Shown here: in pieces, positions 19,017-27,539 of the stretch
Numbering within the stretch: position 1 is the stretch's first letter
Layout of the letters: every line of letters starts with the position of its first letter
Source of the DNA: Faecalibaculum rodentium
Lineage (GTDB): Bacteria; Bacillota_I; Bacilli_A; Erysipelotrichales; Erysipelotrichaceae
Direction: 5' to 3'
Assembly (NCBI RefSeq): GCF_001564455.1
Contig: NZ_CP011391.1
Span: 360,001 to 392,000 of the forward strand
Length of the DNA stretch: 32,000 bases
The notes under the pieces: model-generated
The model's input: only the letters and a program-made list of their open reading frames with translations
Told to the model about the DNA's origin: nothing
Databases searched by the model: none
Position numbers and translations under genes: made by a program

Positions 19017-19703
19017 ATGGAGGAAATCGTTCGAGTGATGAATGCTCTGAAGATCTGGAACAGCGGGCGCGCTGAGACCAAAGCGGTGGATCACGTCAGT
19101 TTCTCTGTGCAGGTCAGATCGTTTACCGTCATTATTGGGAAAAGCGGTTGCGGTAAATCTACGTTGCTGTCACTGATTGCAGGACTGGAAGTGCCGGATG
19201 AAGGGATAATCTTCATTGCCGGACAGGAAATGGGAAAAAGTGAAACACAGAGAGCAATGATTCGGCGGACATCTGTGGGAATGGTCCATCAGTTTTTTGA
19301 TTTGATCCCTGAGCTGACAGTCAGGGAGAATCTGAGAGTTCCGTTTGATCTGAACAATGCGTTACTGGATGAGGTTTATGTGGATTCACTGATCCGCCAG
19401 CTGGAACTGGAAGGACTGGAAGACCGCTTCCCGCATCAGATATCCGGCGGTCAGCAGCAGAGGGTGGCCATAGCGAGAGCCCTGTCTGTGAAACCGGCAG
19501 TGGTACTGGCTGATGAACCTACAGGGAATCTGGACCGGAAGAGTTCACAGCAAGTCATGGAACTGTTTCGCCGTTTACAGAGAAACATGGGATTGACGGT
19601 CATCATGGTGACGCATGACCTGGATCTGGCAAAACAGGCAGACCGCATTCTTTACATGGAAGATGGGAAACTCAGTGAGTATGGTGTACAGAAACAGGCA
19701 TAG
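19017..19703 (+). CDS. ABC transporter ATP-binding protein (MacB/LolD/BceA type)
   Basis: Walker A GKSGCGKST, signature [15 protein letters not shown], Walker B VVLADEPT, H-loop VTHD. Confidence 0.9.
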   Translation: MEEIVRVMNALKIWNSGRAETKAVDHVSFSVQVRSFTVIIGKSGCGKSTLLSLIAGLEVPDEGIIFIAGQEMGKSETQRAMIRRTSVGMVHQFFDLIPELTVRENLRVPFDLNNALLDEVYVDSLIRQLELEGLEDRFPHQISGGQQQRVAIARALSVKPAVVLADEPTGNLDRKSSQQVMELFRRLQRNMGLTVIMVTHDLDLAKQADRILYMEDGKLSEYGVQKQA

Positions 19704-22155
19704 AAATGCAAAGCGGGACCAGACGACAATAGGGAAGATTATACAGAATCCCAGAGCGGCCAGACTGTTTTCGCTGGCAATGGCGCTTACCATGGTTCTG
19801 GTCGCGGTCTCTGTCTGCATTCAATACCGGAATGTACAGGATCAAAGAAAAACACAGCAGGAATGGCATGGTGCATGGCAGGCGGTTTTGATGGACCCGG
19901 ATCTCACAGCTCTGCAGGAAGCTTCGGAGAACCTGGTTATAAAAAAAAGGGGATCTGTGCAAACCGCAGCAATGAAGGACGGAACCATTGCAGGCACTGG
20001 AGATAAGCAGTTTTTCGAGATGGCAAATCTGTCCATAAAAAAGGGCAGACTGCCGGAAACAGGTTCAGAAATGGCAGCAGAAGCCTTATGGCTGGATGAG
20101 CGCGGATTTTCATACAGGATTGGCCAGAAAATACAAATAGACGAGAAAGTTTTTACTCTGACCGGGATTCTGGACAGTTATACAGCCAACTGGACAGCCG
20201 GAAATCACGTCCCGCAGATTTGGATAACCAGACTGGACAAACCGGAACATACACTCCTGTATATGCAGGCAAAGTCCGGATACGAAGCCGTATTTGATGA
20301 ATGGTCTCCGAAATCGGGAGTTCTGGTCAGGAATATGTATCTGGAATATGGATATCAGCCATTTTCGGCTTCAAGTCTTCCATGGACAATTGCGACGACA
20401 GCAGCTGCAGCAGGCGGACTCGGTATTATGTTCATGATCGTGTCCCACTGGCTGGACTCCAGACAACTGAATATCATCCGTCTTAAATCACTTGGAGCAG
20501 ACACGGGGCTGCTCATGAAGCCGATGCTGTTTCTGTTTCTTGGCAGTTCGGTATGGGTTCTGCCAGTTATGTCGGCTGTGTTTCTCGCCTTTCGTCCCCC
20601 ATGGTTTGTAATGGCCGGGATTGCGGGATTCTGGATGATCCTGCTGCTGGTACTGGCATTTGCCGCATGGGTCATCCTCTTCCACATCCCTTCGAGAGTC
20701 AGTCTGCATGCAGAAAAAGGATACATTCCGGAACACCTTCCGACAGGAAGAAAAACCGTATCATGCTCTATGCTGGCAGGCAGGTGGCTCTGGTGGAACT
20801 GGAAACCGGCGATCACAGGATCTGCCTTGCTGGCAATACTGGCAGGCATCATCGCTTATACAGCGACGGGATTCTGGTTTGATACGGAGATGGAAAAACA
20901 GGTGGGACGCAAACCTGATTTTCGGTTTTACCCCGCCTCAGCTGAAGCGTCTGTTTCCCAGGCAGAGCTGCAGAAAATCAGAACCATACCCGGAGTACGG
21001 GAAATGTACAGCTATACAATCAGGAATGATTTGCCGGAAAATGACAAAGCCTATTCGATTGGCTGGGAGGGAATGGAATTGTCTCCTGTGTATCAGATAC
21101 CTGGGGAGTACCGCTCCCAGCTCAGTCTCTTTGCATTCCAGAATAATGGCACAGACTTGTCGCCAGTGATTATTGAGCCGGATGAGCTGCCTCCTCTGGC
21201 TGATGTTTTAAAGCACAATGGGATAAACCTGACGGATTTGAACAATGACGATGCACTTTTGTATCTCCCTGCTTTTTCATGGACCGTTGCAGGAAGCGCA
21301 GATTGTCCGAAGATCCAGGTATTTCCGGATAATCCGGAAATCGATTATGGGAAAGACGTAACATTCAGGACTGATGTGAGTCTGGCTGCGGGACAGGAGA
21401 TTCTGATCCGGAGTCCGGAAGGACAGAGCAGAACCGCCAGAATTCCTGTACTGGTAAGACAGCCGCTGAACTATACCGTGGATTACAGGGGCTTGATATC
21501 TGACTGGACCAGCAGCTTCTCACTGCCCTATGTCGTGATTGTTCCGAAAGGCTTTTTTGGAAGTGAGTCGGCAAATCGGGTGGAAGTCTGGACTGAAGGA
21601 CGCAGGGATGCAGCAATTCAGTCAGATATGGCAGCTTTGGCCAGTCACAGCGGGATGAAACTGCAGAATGATGCTGTTACAAATGAAAAAATCATTCGCT
21701 TCTTTGCTGATGAGCGGCTATTGTACTGCGTTTTGACGGTCGTGGTTTTTCTGGTCTGGATATTCATTCTGTGCTGGTCGGTCATCCGGGTTCGAAAAAG
21801 CATAAAGAATTTTCTGAACAGGCTGCGCAGGACCGGGACAGACACACGTACTTGTCTTGCAATCAGGAATCAGATTGTACTGAGAATCGGGCTGGCAAGT
21901 ATAGTGTTCACCGGGGCAGCTTTGACAGCCTGTCTTTGGCTGCAGTTGTCATTCATACCCAATCTGTCCATGATAACCCGGGCTGCTCCATCGCTGGTTG
22001 ATCCCTCTGGCCAGCCTGCAGGAGTTCTGTGGATTCTGCTTCGAATCACGCCGGCAACCTATGGATTTGCAGCCCTGTCCGGACTGCTGCAGTCCTTGCT
22101 GTGCATGACAGGAACAAAACAGGCAATGGATATCAGAAAGATAAATAAATGCTGA
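19681..22155 (+). CDS. ABC transporter permease with two FtsX/MacB-type modules (about 824 aa, about 8 TM segments, two large extracytoplasmic domains)
   Basis: Each module is one TM segment, a 200-280-aa extracytoplasmic domain, then three TM segments. FtsX-like loop motifs are RQLNIIRLKSLGADTGLL and, degenerate, LNRLRRTGTDTRTCL. The start is uncertain (19681 chosen; 19615 and 19663 are also possible). It overlaps the ATPase gene. Confidence 0.75.
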   Translation: MVYRNRHRNAKRDQTTIGKIIQNPRAARLFSLAMALTMVLVAVSVCIQYRNVQDQRKTQQEWHGAWQAVLMDPDLTALQEASENLVIKKRGSVQTAAMKDGTIAGTGDKQFFEMANLSIKKGRLPETGSEMAAEALWLDERGFSYRIGQKIQIDEKVFTLTGILDSYTANWTAGNHVPQIWITRLDKPEHTLLYMQAKSGYEAVFDEWSPKSGVLVRNMYLEYGYQPFSASSLPWTIATTAAAAGGLGIMFMIVSHWLDSRQLNIIRLKSLGADTGLLMKPMLFLFLGSSVWVLPVMSAVFLAFRPPWFVMAGIAGFWMILLLVLAFAAWVILFHIPSRVSLHAEKGYIPEHLPTGRKTVSCSMLAGRWLWWNWKPAITGSALLAILAGIIAYTATGFWFDTEMEKQVGRKPDFRFYPASAEASVSQAELQKIRTIPGVREMYSYTIRNDLPENDKAYSIGWEGMELSPVYQIPGEYRSQLSLFAFQNNGTDLSPVIIEPDELPPLADVLKHNGINLTDLNNDDALLYLPAFSWTVAGSADCPKIQVFPDNPEIDYGKDVTFRTDVSLAAGQEILIRSPEGQSRTARIPVLVRQPLNYTVDYRGLISDWTSSFSLPYVVIVPKGFFGSESANRVEVWTEGRRDAAIQSDMAALASHSGMKLQNDAVTNEKIIRFFADERLLYCVLTVVVFLVWIFILCWSVIRVRKSIKNFLNRLRRTGTDTRTCLAIRNQIVLRIGLASIVFTGAALTACLWLQLSFIPNLSMITRAAPSLVDPSGQPAGVLWILLRITPATYGFAALSGLLQSLLCMTGTKQAMDIRKINKC

Positions 22156-22214
22156 GTAATCAATCAGTAACTTCTCCAGGATATGCTCATATCAGAAAGG
22201 CAGGTGCAGATACT

Positions 22215-22568
22215 ATGAAAAAATCCATCTGTGCAGCAGTTGTTTCCGCTTCCATGATGCTGTCCCCATTTACGATTCTTGCCAATACTGAGGCACCAGA
22301 GGCACATACGATTATCGCTGAGCCCAGGAATGTAGAAACCTGGTATGGGGAAGGGTCAGTATCGGCGGGATCGGCTACAGTGTATCTCGCTGCAACCATG
22401 ACCTATTCCAATGGCAGCTGGGGGGCGAGAGCCTGGGTGACCAGTGCTGTTGGCTGCACAGCTTCCGTTGTAAGTGCAGCTCCTGTGCCGACAACCGGAA
22501 CTGTGACAGGCAGTGTATCCATCAACGGAATTTACTTTAACTATTCAGTAAGGGTTTATCCGCGCTGA
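22215..22568 (+). CDS. Small Sec-secreted protein of unknown function (117 aa precursor), possibly a lactococcin-972-like bacteriocin
   Basis: ATG at 22215 follows AGAAAGG. Signal peptide MKKSICAAVVSASMMLSPFTILA. The mature part is Ser/Thr/Gly/Val-rich and probably beta-rich. Loose motif resemblance to Lcn972 (ETWYGEGS; ARAWVTSAVG; IYFNYS). Confidence 0.6.
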   Translation: MKKSICAAVVSASMMLSPFTILANTEAPEAHTIIAEPRNVETWYGEGSVSAGSATVYLAATMTYSNGSWGARAWVTSAVGCTASVVSAAPVPTTGTVTGSVSINGIYFNYSVRVYPR

Positions 22569-22824
22569 CAGCAGACAGGCATACCAGTTTGTATACTGAC
22601 AGCCAGATAAACAAATCACACACAAACAGCCGGTTTTCTTCAGGGGACCGGTTTTTGAATCTGTTCTTCATTACCAAATCTCTGGAGATACAGCTGTCTT
22701 TGATAATAATGGTGGCATTTTGCCTGCATTTGCCATCATTGGAATGCAGCCCGTATTCTGCGCTTGAAACTGCCTGCTTTTTTCCATGTTGCACCCCGCG
22801 GCAGAATTGGTACACTTAACACGT

Positions 22825-23316
22825 ATGACTGAGAAAATGAAATTTCCCTATGACATTCCCGAAGGTGCCGTCATGGACTATGTGGATGGCCGCTTTGTGG
22901 TCGCTGTCAAAGATGACTGCTGGAACGAAGAAGAGCTGGCCCTGCTGAAACAGGAACCATTCGTGGTCACGCTGTGCTGGTACAACGGGATCCTGCCGTT
23001 CATTCTGGAGGGCGGACCGGTGGATTCCAGCGATGTGTACTTCAACATCCAGGAATCCGATGCCGGAGACGAGATCCTGGGACTGGAAACGGCCCCGGAT
23101 ATGGAAATCGTGCTGGTGGATGCCGAAAACATGGTGGAATGGCAGAAGCGCAAAACGCTGCCGGATGCGTTCTGGCAGCAGCTGAAACAGCTTCTGAAGC
23201 AGCAGGCACAAACTGCCTTCATGCCGGGGGAATACGACGTGAATGTGGAAGGACTCATGTCTGCATACGAACCCTTTGAGCTGCATAAATACGAAAAAGC
23301 AACCGTGAAATTTTAG
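22825..23316 (+). CDS. Hypothetical cytoplasmic protein (about 160 aa)
   Basis: ORF with host-like codon usage that ends 8 nt before the ACT-domain gene. No SD is seen at 22825, and 22837 is an alternative start. I recognise no family. Confidence 0.55.
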   Translation: MTEKMKFPYDIPEGAVMDYVDGRFVVAVKDDCWNEEELALLKQEPFVVTLCWYNGILPFILEGGPVDSSDVYFNIQESDAGDEILGLETAPDMEIVLVDAENMVEWQKRKTLPDAFWQQLKQLLKQQAQTAFMPGEYDVNVEGLMSAYEPFELHKYEKATVKF

Positions 23317-23324
23317 GAGGACTC

Positions 23325-23594
23325 ATGAAAGCTGTCATTACTGTTGTCGGTGCGGACCGCACCGGAATCCTCGCCCTGGTGGCCAGCGAATGCGCCGCAC
23401 GCAACTGCAACATTCTGGATGTGTCTCAGACCATCGTGGATGGTGTTTTCACCATGACCATGATTGCGGACATGGACGGCCTTACGGAGTCCTTCGAAGC
23501 CTTTGCCGATCACATGGAAACCGTGGGAGCCGAAAACGACCTGGCGGTGCGCGTCATGAACCGGGCCATCTTCAAGGCCATGCATTCGATTTAG
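23325..23594 (+). CDS. ACT-domain protein, UPF0237 family
   Basis: AGGAGG RBS. MKAVITVVGADRTGILALV...DVSQTIVDGVFTMTMI...IFKAMHSI closely matches the conserved 89-aa UPF0237 proteins of Firmicutes. Confidence 0.9.
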   Translation: MKAVITVVGADRTGILALVASECAARNCNILDVSQTIVDGVFTMTMIADMDGLTESFEAFADHMETVGAENDLAVRVMNRAIFKAMHSI

Positions 23595-23603
23595 GGAGGC
23601 TTC

Positions 23604-24959
23604 ATGCAGGTATCTGAAATTCAGGAAACCATCAAGATGATCGACGAGGAGTGCCTCGACATCCGGACCATCACCATGGGGATCTCCCTGCTGGACTGCA
23701 TCGATCCGGACATCGACACGTCCTGCCGCAAATGCGAGGAAAAAATCTGCCGGCTGGCGAAGGACCTGGTGCGAACCGGCGAGGAGATTTCCCGGACTTA
23801 TGGCATTCCCGTGGTCAACAAGCGGATCTCCGTGACCCCGATTGCCTTTCTGGTGGCAGCCAGCGGCGGGGATCCTGTGAAATATGCCCGGATGCTCGAG
23901 CGCTGTGCGCAGAAGCTCGGCGTAGACTTCATCGGCGGCTATTCCGCCCTGGTGCAGAAGGGCTATGCCCACGGTGACCGGGAGCTGATCGACAGCATTC
24001 CCCGGGCGCTGAAGGAGACACAGCATGTCTGTGCATCCGTGAACATCGGCAGTACGAAAGCGGGGATCAACATGGATGCGGTGAAACGCATGGGCGAAGT
24101 GATCCGCGAAGCGGCGGAGCTCACTGCAGATGACAACTGCATCGGCGCGGCGAAGCTCGTGGTGTTCTGCAACGCCCCCGAGGACAATCCCTTCATGGCC
24201 GGCGCCTTCCACGGTGTGGGTGAAGGCGACTGTGTGATCAATGTGGGTGTATCGGGTCCCGGCGTGGTGCGCGCGGCCCTGGCCAAGGCCCCGAAAGATG
24301 CACCCATTGACAGGATCGCGGATCTCATCAAGCGCACGGCGTTCAAGATCACGCGCATGGGCCAGCTTGTGGGCACCGTGGCCAGCGAGAAGCTGGGGGT
24401 GCCCTTCGGCATTGTGGACCTGTCTCTGGCGCCGACACCGGCTGTGGGCGACTCCGTGGCGCACATCCTGGAAGAAATCGGGCTGGAGACCTGCGGCGCC
24501 TACGGCACGACTGCGGCGCTGGCGATGCTCAACGATGCGGTCAAGAAAGGCGGCGTCATGGCCACGAGTCATGTGGGCGGTCTGTCCGGTGCGTTCATTC
24601 CCGTTTCCGAGGATGCGGGGATGATCCACGCAGCAAAGGAAGGCATCCTGAAGCTGGAGAAGCTGGAGGCCATGACCGCGGTGTGCTCTGTGGGTCTGGA
24701 CATGATCGTGATTCCCGGCGAGACCCGGGCGGATGTCATTTCCGGCATCATTGCAGACGAGGCAGCCATTGGCATGGTGAACTCGAAGACCACCGCCGTC
24801 CGGCTGATTCCCGCCATTGGCAGGAAGGTGGGGGAAACACTGGATTTCGGCGGACTGCTGGGAGAAGGCCCGGTGATGCCCGTGAACCAGACCTCTGATG
24901 CGGTGTTCATCAACCGCGGCGGACGCATTCCGGCTCCGCTGCAGGCACTGAAAAACTGA
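23604..24959 (+). CDS. UPF0210 (DUF711, PFL-like) family protein
   Basis: Full-length similarity to UPF0210 proteins ([93 protein letters not shown]). Always paired with UPF0237. Confidence 0.9.
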   Translation: MQVSEIQETIKMIDEECLDIRTITMGISLLDCIDPDIDTSCRKCEEKICRLAKDLVRTGEEISRTYGIPVVNKRISVTPIAFLVAASGGDPVKYARMLERCAQKLGVDFIGGYSALVQKGYAHGDRELIDSIPRALKETQHVCASVNIGSTKAGINMDAVKRMGEVIREAAELTADDNCIGAAKLVVFCNAPEDNPFMAGAFHGVGEGDCVINVGVSGPGVVRAALAKAPKDAPIDRIADLIKRTAFKITRMGQLVGTVASEKLGVPFGIVDLSLAPTPAVGDSVAHILEEIGLETCGAYGTTAALAMLNDAVKKGGVMATSHVGGLSGAFIPVSEDAGMIHAAKEGILKLEKLEAMTAVCSVGLDMIVIPGETRADVISGIIADEAAIGMVNSKTTAVRLIPAIGRKVGETLDFGGLLGEGPVMPVNQTSDAVFINRGGRIPAPLQALKN

Positions 24960-24978
24960 GTCAGGTTGGGGGAAGCAC

Positions 24979-25016
24979 AGCTCCGGAGCTGCTGTCAGGG
25001 CAGCCCGGGGCTTTTT
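24979..25016 (+). terminator. Probable intrinsic terminator after the UPF0210 gene
   Basis: AGCTCCGG ... CCGGGGCT 8-bp stem followed by TTTTT. An alternative local hairpin is CAGCTCCGGAGCTG. Confidence 0.45.
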
Positions 25017-25045
25017 GACACTTTCCGGCACTTTCTGAAAACCTG

Positions 25046-25073
25046 TTGCAATAGCCAGATGGGTATGTATAAT
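25046..25073 (+). promoter_or_regulatory. Sigma-A promoter for the T-box-regulated operon
   Basis: TTGCAA (25046-25051), 16-nt spacer, TATAAT (25068-25073). Confidence 0.65.
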
Positions 25074-25084
25074 TGTAGTCAATA

Positions 25085-25317
25085 CCACGAAGGGAAGAAG
25101 TAAGGTTCCCGGGTGCCTTTCAGAGAGACAGCGGCTGGTGCAAGCTGTCAGGACCCGCTCCTGAACGTGTCCCGGAGTTGCCCTGTCGAAAGTTCGTGAG
25201 GCGGTGGCCGTTGATTCGCGTTAAGAATAAGGTGTCATCCGTACTGGCGGATGGAAGACTGGTGGTACCGCGCTTTCAGCGTCCTTTCATAGCTTTTTAT
25301 GAATGGACGCTTTTTTG
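25085..25317 (+). promoter_or_regulatory. T-box riboswitch leader, specifier codon read as CGU (Arg)
   Basis: Stem I elements: AGUA (25099-25102), AG bulge AGAGAGA, distal loop GGCUGGUGCAA. The specifier loop GAA-CGU-G (codon 25166-25168) parallels GAA-GGC-A of glyQS leaders. Stem III is CAUCC...GGAUG. T-box core is AAGACUGGUGGUACCGCG (25255-25272). Terminator is AGCGTCC..TTCAT...ATGAA..GGACGCT plus T6 (25278-25316). Confidence 0.85.
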
Positions 25318-25348
25318 TTTCACGGGGAAGAAAGAGGAGAACAGGAAA

Positions 25349-26131
25349 ATGAACAAGTTTTTGAAACTGACACTTACTGCCGGCATGGCGGCATCTGTGC
25401 TGGCCGGCTGCTCTTCCGCAGGCACTGCGGATGATGCAAAGGCAGACGAAGGAAAGAGCGAGCCGAAGGAAATCATCGTCGGCATCTCTCCGGACTATCC
25501 GCCTTATGAGTCCATCGAAGGCGATGCGATCGTGGGCTTCGATGCGGACATGACGGAATGGCTGTTCAACTACATGAAGGAAGAGGAAGGCCTGGACTAC
25601 ACCTACACCTTCAAGCAGATGAGCTTTGACACCATCGTATCGGCGATTCAGACCGGTCAGATCGACCTGGGCATTTCCGGCTTCACCTATGACGAAGACC
25701 GGGAAAAGGCCGTGGCCTTCTCCGATCCCTACAACACCTCGGCCCAGGTTGTCGTGGTGGCCGGCGACAGTGACCTGGCCAGCGTCGCGGACCTGAATGG
25801 CAAGAAAGTCGGTGCTCAGCTGGGCGCAACCGGCCAAAGCGCAGCAGAGGAAATCGAAGGCGCCGAGGTCACACCGGTGCAGGACGTGAAGGTGCTCATG
25901 GAAACCCTGAAGTCCCACGGACTGGATGCAGTGGTTCTGGACACAGCCGTGGCCAACAACTACGCAGCCGGCGGGGAATACAAAGTCGTGGGTGACCACC
26001 TGATGGAAGAGGAGAACTTCATCATTGCCGCGAAGGACAACGAAGAGCTGCTCAAGCAGGTCAACACCGCCATCAAGGCATTCAAGGAAAGCGACGATTA
26101 CACCAAACTGAAAGAAAAGTGGGGCGTGTGA
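25349..26131 (+). CDS. Polar amino-acid ABC transporter substrate-binding lipoprotein
   Basis: ATG at 25349 follows GAGGAG. Lipobox LAGC. SBP_bac_3-type sequence (IVGISPDYPPYE, GFDADM, IDLGISGFTYDEDR). Confidence 0.85.
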   Translation: MNKFLKLTLTAGMAASVLAGCSSAGTADDAKADEGKSEPKEIIVGISPDYPPYESIEGDAIVGFDADMTEWLFNYMKEEEGLDYTYTFKQMSFDTIVSAIQTGQIDLGISGFTYDEDREKAVAFSDPYNTSAQVVVVAGDSDLASVADLNGKKVGAQLGATGQSAAEEIEGAEVTPVQDVKVLMETLKSHGLDAVVLDTAVANNYAAGGEYKVVGDHLMEEENFIIAAKDNEELLKQVNTAIKAFKESDDYTKLKEKWGV

Positions 26132-26134
26132 TCC

Positions 26135-26809
26135 ATGTGGGAGACATTTCTGTCCCCCGATAATCTCACCTATATGCTCAAAGGTGCCGGCGCATCCCTC
26201 GCGCTGGCACTTGGTGCGTTGATATTCGGTGTGATGATCGGCGTGGTCATGGCGGCAATGAAGCTGTCGAAATCGAAAGTGCTGAACGTGATCGGCAGTG
26301 TGTATGTGGAGATCCTCCGGGGTACCCCGATGCTGCTGCAGCTCCTGTTCTTCTACCTGGGTGTTCCCGTGCTCTATCAGATGATTGCCGGCACGCGCCT
26401 GCGTGTGGATCCTTATGTGGTGGGTCTGATCGCGATGTCCCTGAACTCCGGTGCCTACCAGACGGAGCTGATCCGTTCGGGGATCCAGGGCGTGGACAAA
26501 GGCCAGTGGGAGGCCTGCGAGACCCTGGGCATTTCCTATGTGACGATGATGAAGGAAGTCATTCTGCCGCAGGCCTTCAAGCGGATCATCCCGCCCATGG
26601 TCAGCGAGTTCATCACCCTGATCAAGGACAGCTCCCTGATTTCCTGCATCGGCGCGGCGGAGCTGCTGTACACAGCCCAGGTGCTGGGCGCCAAGTACTA
26701 CAACTACCTGGATCCGCTGATTATCGCCGGATGCATGTATCTGGTGATGACCGTCACGATTTCCTTCATTGCCCGGAAAATAGAAAAGAGGATGGCAGTC
26801 AGTGATTAA
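26135..26809 (+). CDS. Polar amino-acid ABC transporter permease (His/Glu/Gln/Arg/opine family)
   Basis: 224 aa, about 5 TM segments. Conserved region [12 protein letters not shown] and EAA-like loop [22 protein letters not shown]. Confidence 0.9.
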   Translation: MWETFLSPDNLTYMLKGAGASLALALGALIFGVMIGVVMAAMKLSKSKVLNVIGSVYVEILRGTPMLLQLLFFYLGVPVLYQMIAGTRLRVDPYVVGLIAMSLNSGAYQTELIRSGIQGVDKGQWEACETLGISYVTMMKEVILPQAFKRIIPPMVSEFITLIKDSSLISCIGAAELLYTAQVLGAKYYNYLDPLIIAGCMYLVMTVTISFIARKIEKRMAVSD

Positions 26810-27539
26810 AGTCGAACATGTATCCAAGCACTTCGGCGGCGTGCATGCAGTCAATGGCGTCAGCCTGGAAGTGAACAAGGGGGACATCGTGTGCCTGATC
26901 GGTCCCTCCGGCTCCGGCAAGTCCACGCTGCTTCGGTGCATCCATGGTCTGGAGACGGTGGATGACGGCGCGGTGTATATGGACGGCGAGCTGATGGATC
27001 CCGCAGACAAGGCAAAATACCGGGAGCAGCGAAACCGCATGGGGTTTGTGTTCCAGCACTTCAACCTGTTCCCCAACAAGACGGTGCTGGACAACTGCAC
27101 GCTGGCGCAGATGACGGTGCTGAAGCGCTCCCGGGAAGAAGCGGAGAAGACGGCGCTGGAGTATCTGGACAAGGTAGGGCTGCTGGACAAGAAGGACAGC
27201 TACCCCAACCAGCTTTCCGGCGGACAGAAACAGCGTGTGGCGATTGCCCGGGCCCTGTGCATGAACCCGGACATGATGCTGTTTGACGAACCCACCAGTG
27301 CGCTGGATCCCGAGATGATCAAGGAAGTGCTGGAGGTCATGAAGGACCTGGGACGCCAGGGCATGACCATGATCGTGGTCACGCATGAGATGGGATTTGC
27401 CAGGCACGTGGCCAACCGGGTGCTCTTCCTGGACCAGGGGCATCTGGTGGAAGAAGGAGACAGCGAGGCGTTCTTCACGAACCCGAAATCCGAGCGGGCG
27501 AAGGACTTCCTGTCAAAGGTGTTCTACGATGCTCAGTGA
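26802..27539 (+). CDS. Polar amino-acid ABC transporter ATP-binding protein
   Basis: GTG start overlaps the permease stop by 8 nt. Walker [10 protein letters not shown], signature [15 protein letters not shown], Walker [13 protein letters not shown]. Confidence 0.9.
   Translation: MIKVEHVSKHFGGVHAVNGVSLEVNKGDIVCLIGPSGSGKSTLLRCIHGLETVDDGAVYMDGELMDPADKAKYREQRNRMGFVFQHFNLFPNKTVLDNCTLAQMTVLKRSREEAEKTALEYLDKVGLLDKKDSYPNQLSGGQKQRVAIARALCMNPDMMLFDEPTSALDPEMIKEVLEVMKDLGRQGMTMIVVTHEMGFARHVANRVLFLDQGHLVEEGDSEAFFTNPKSERAKDFLSKVFYDAQ

Noticed and set aside
22569-22824. ORFs 22589..22819 (+) and 22537..22815 (-) in the spacer at the right edge of the low-GC insert, and possible att-like repeats at the insert borders.
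   Set aside because: Neither ORF has an RBS or a recognisable sequence, and both overlap terminator-like hairpins. I found no direct repeat shared between the left (17278-17372) and right (22569-22824) borders.
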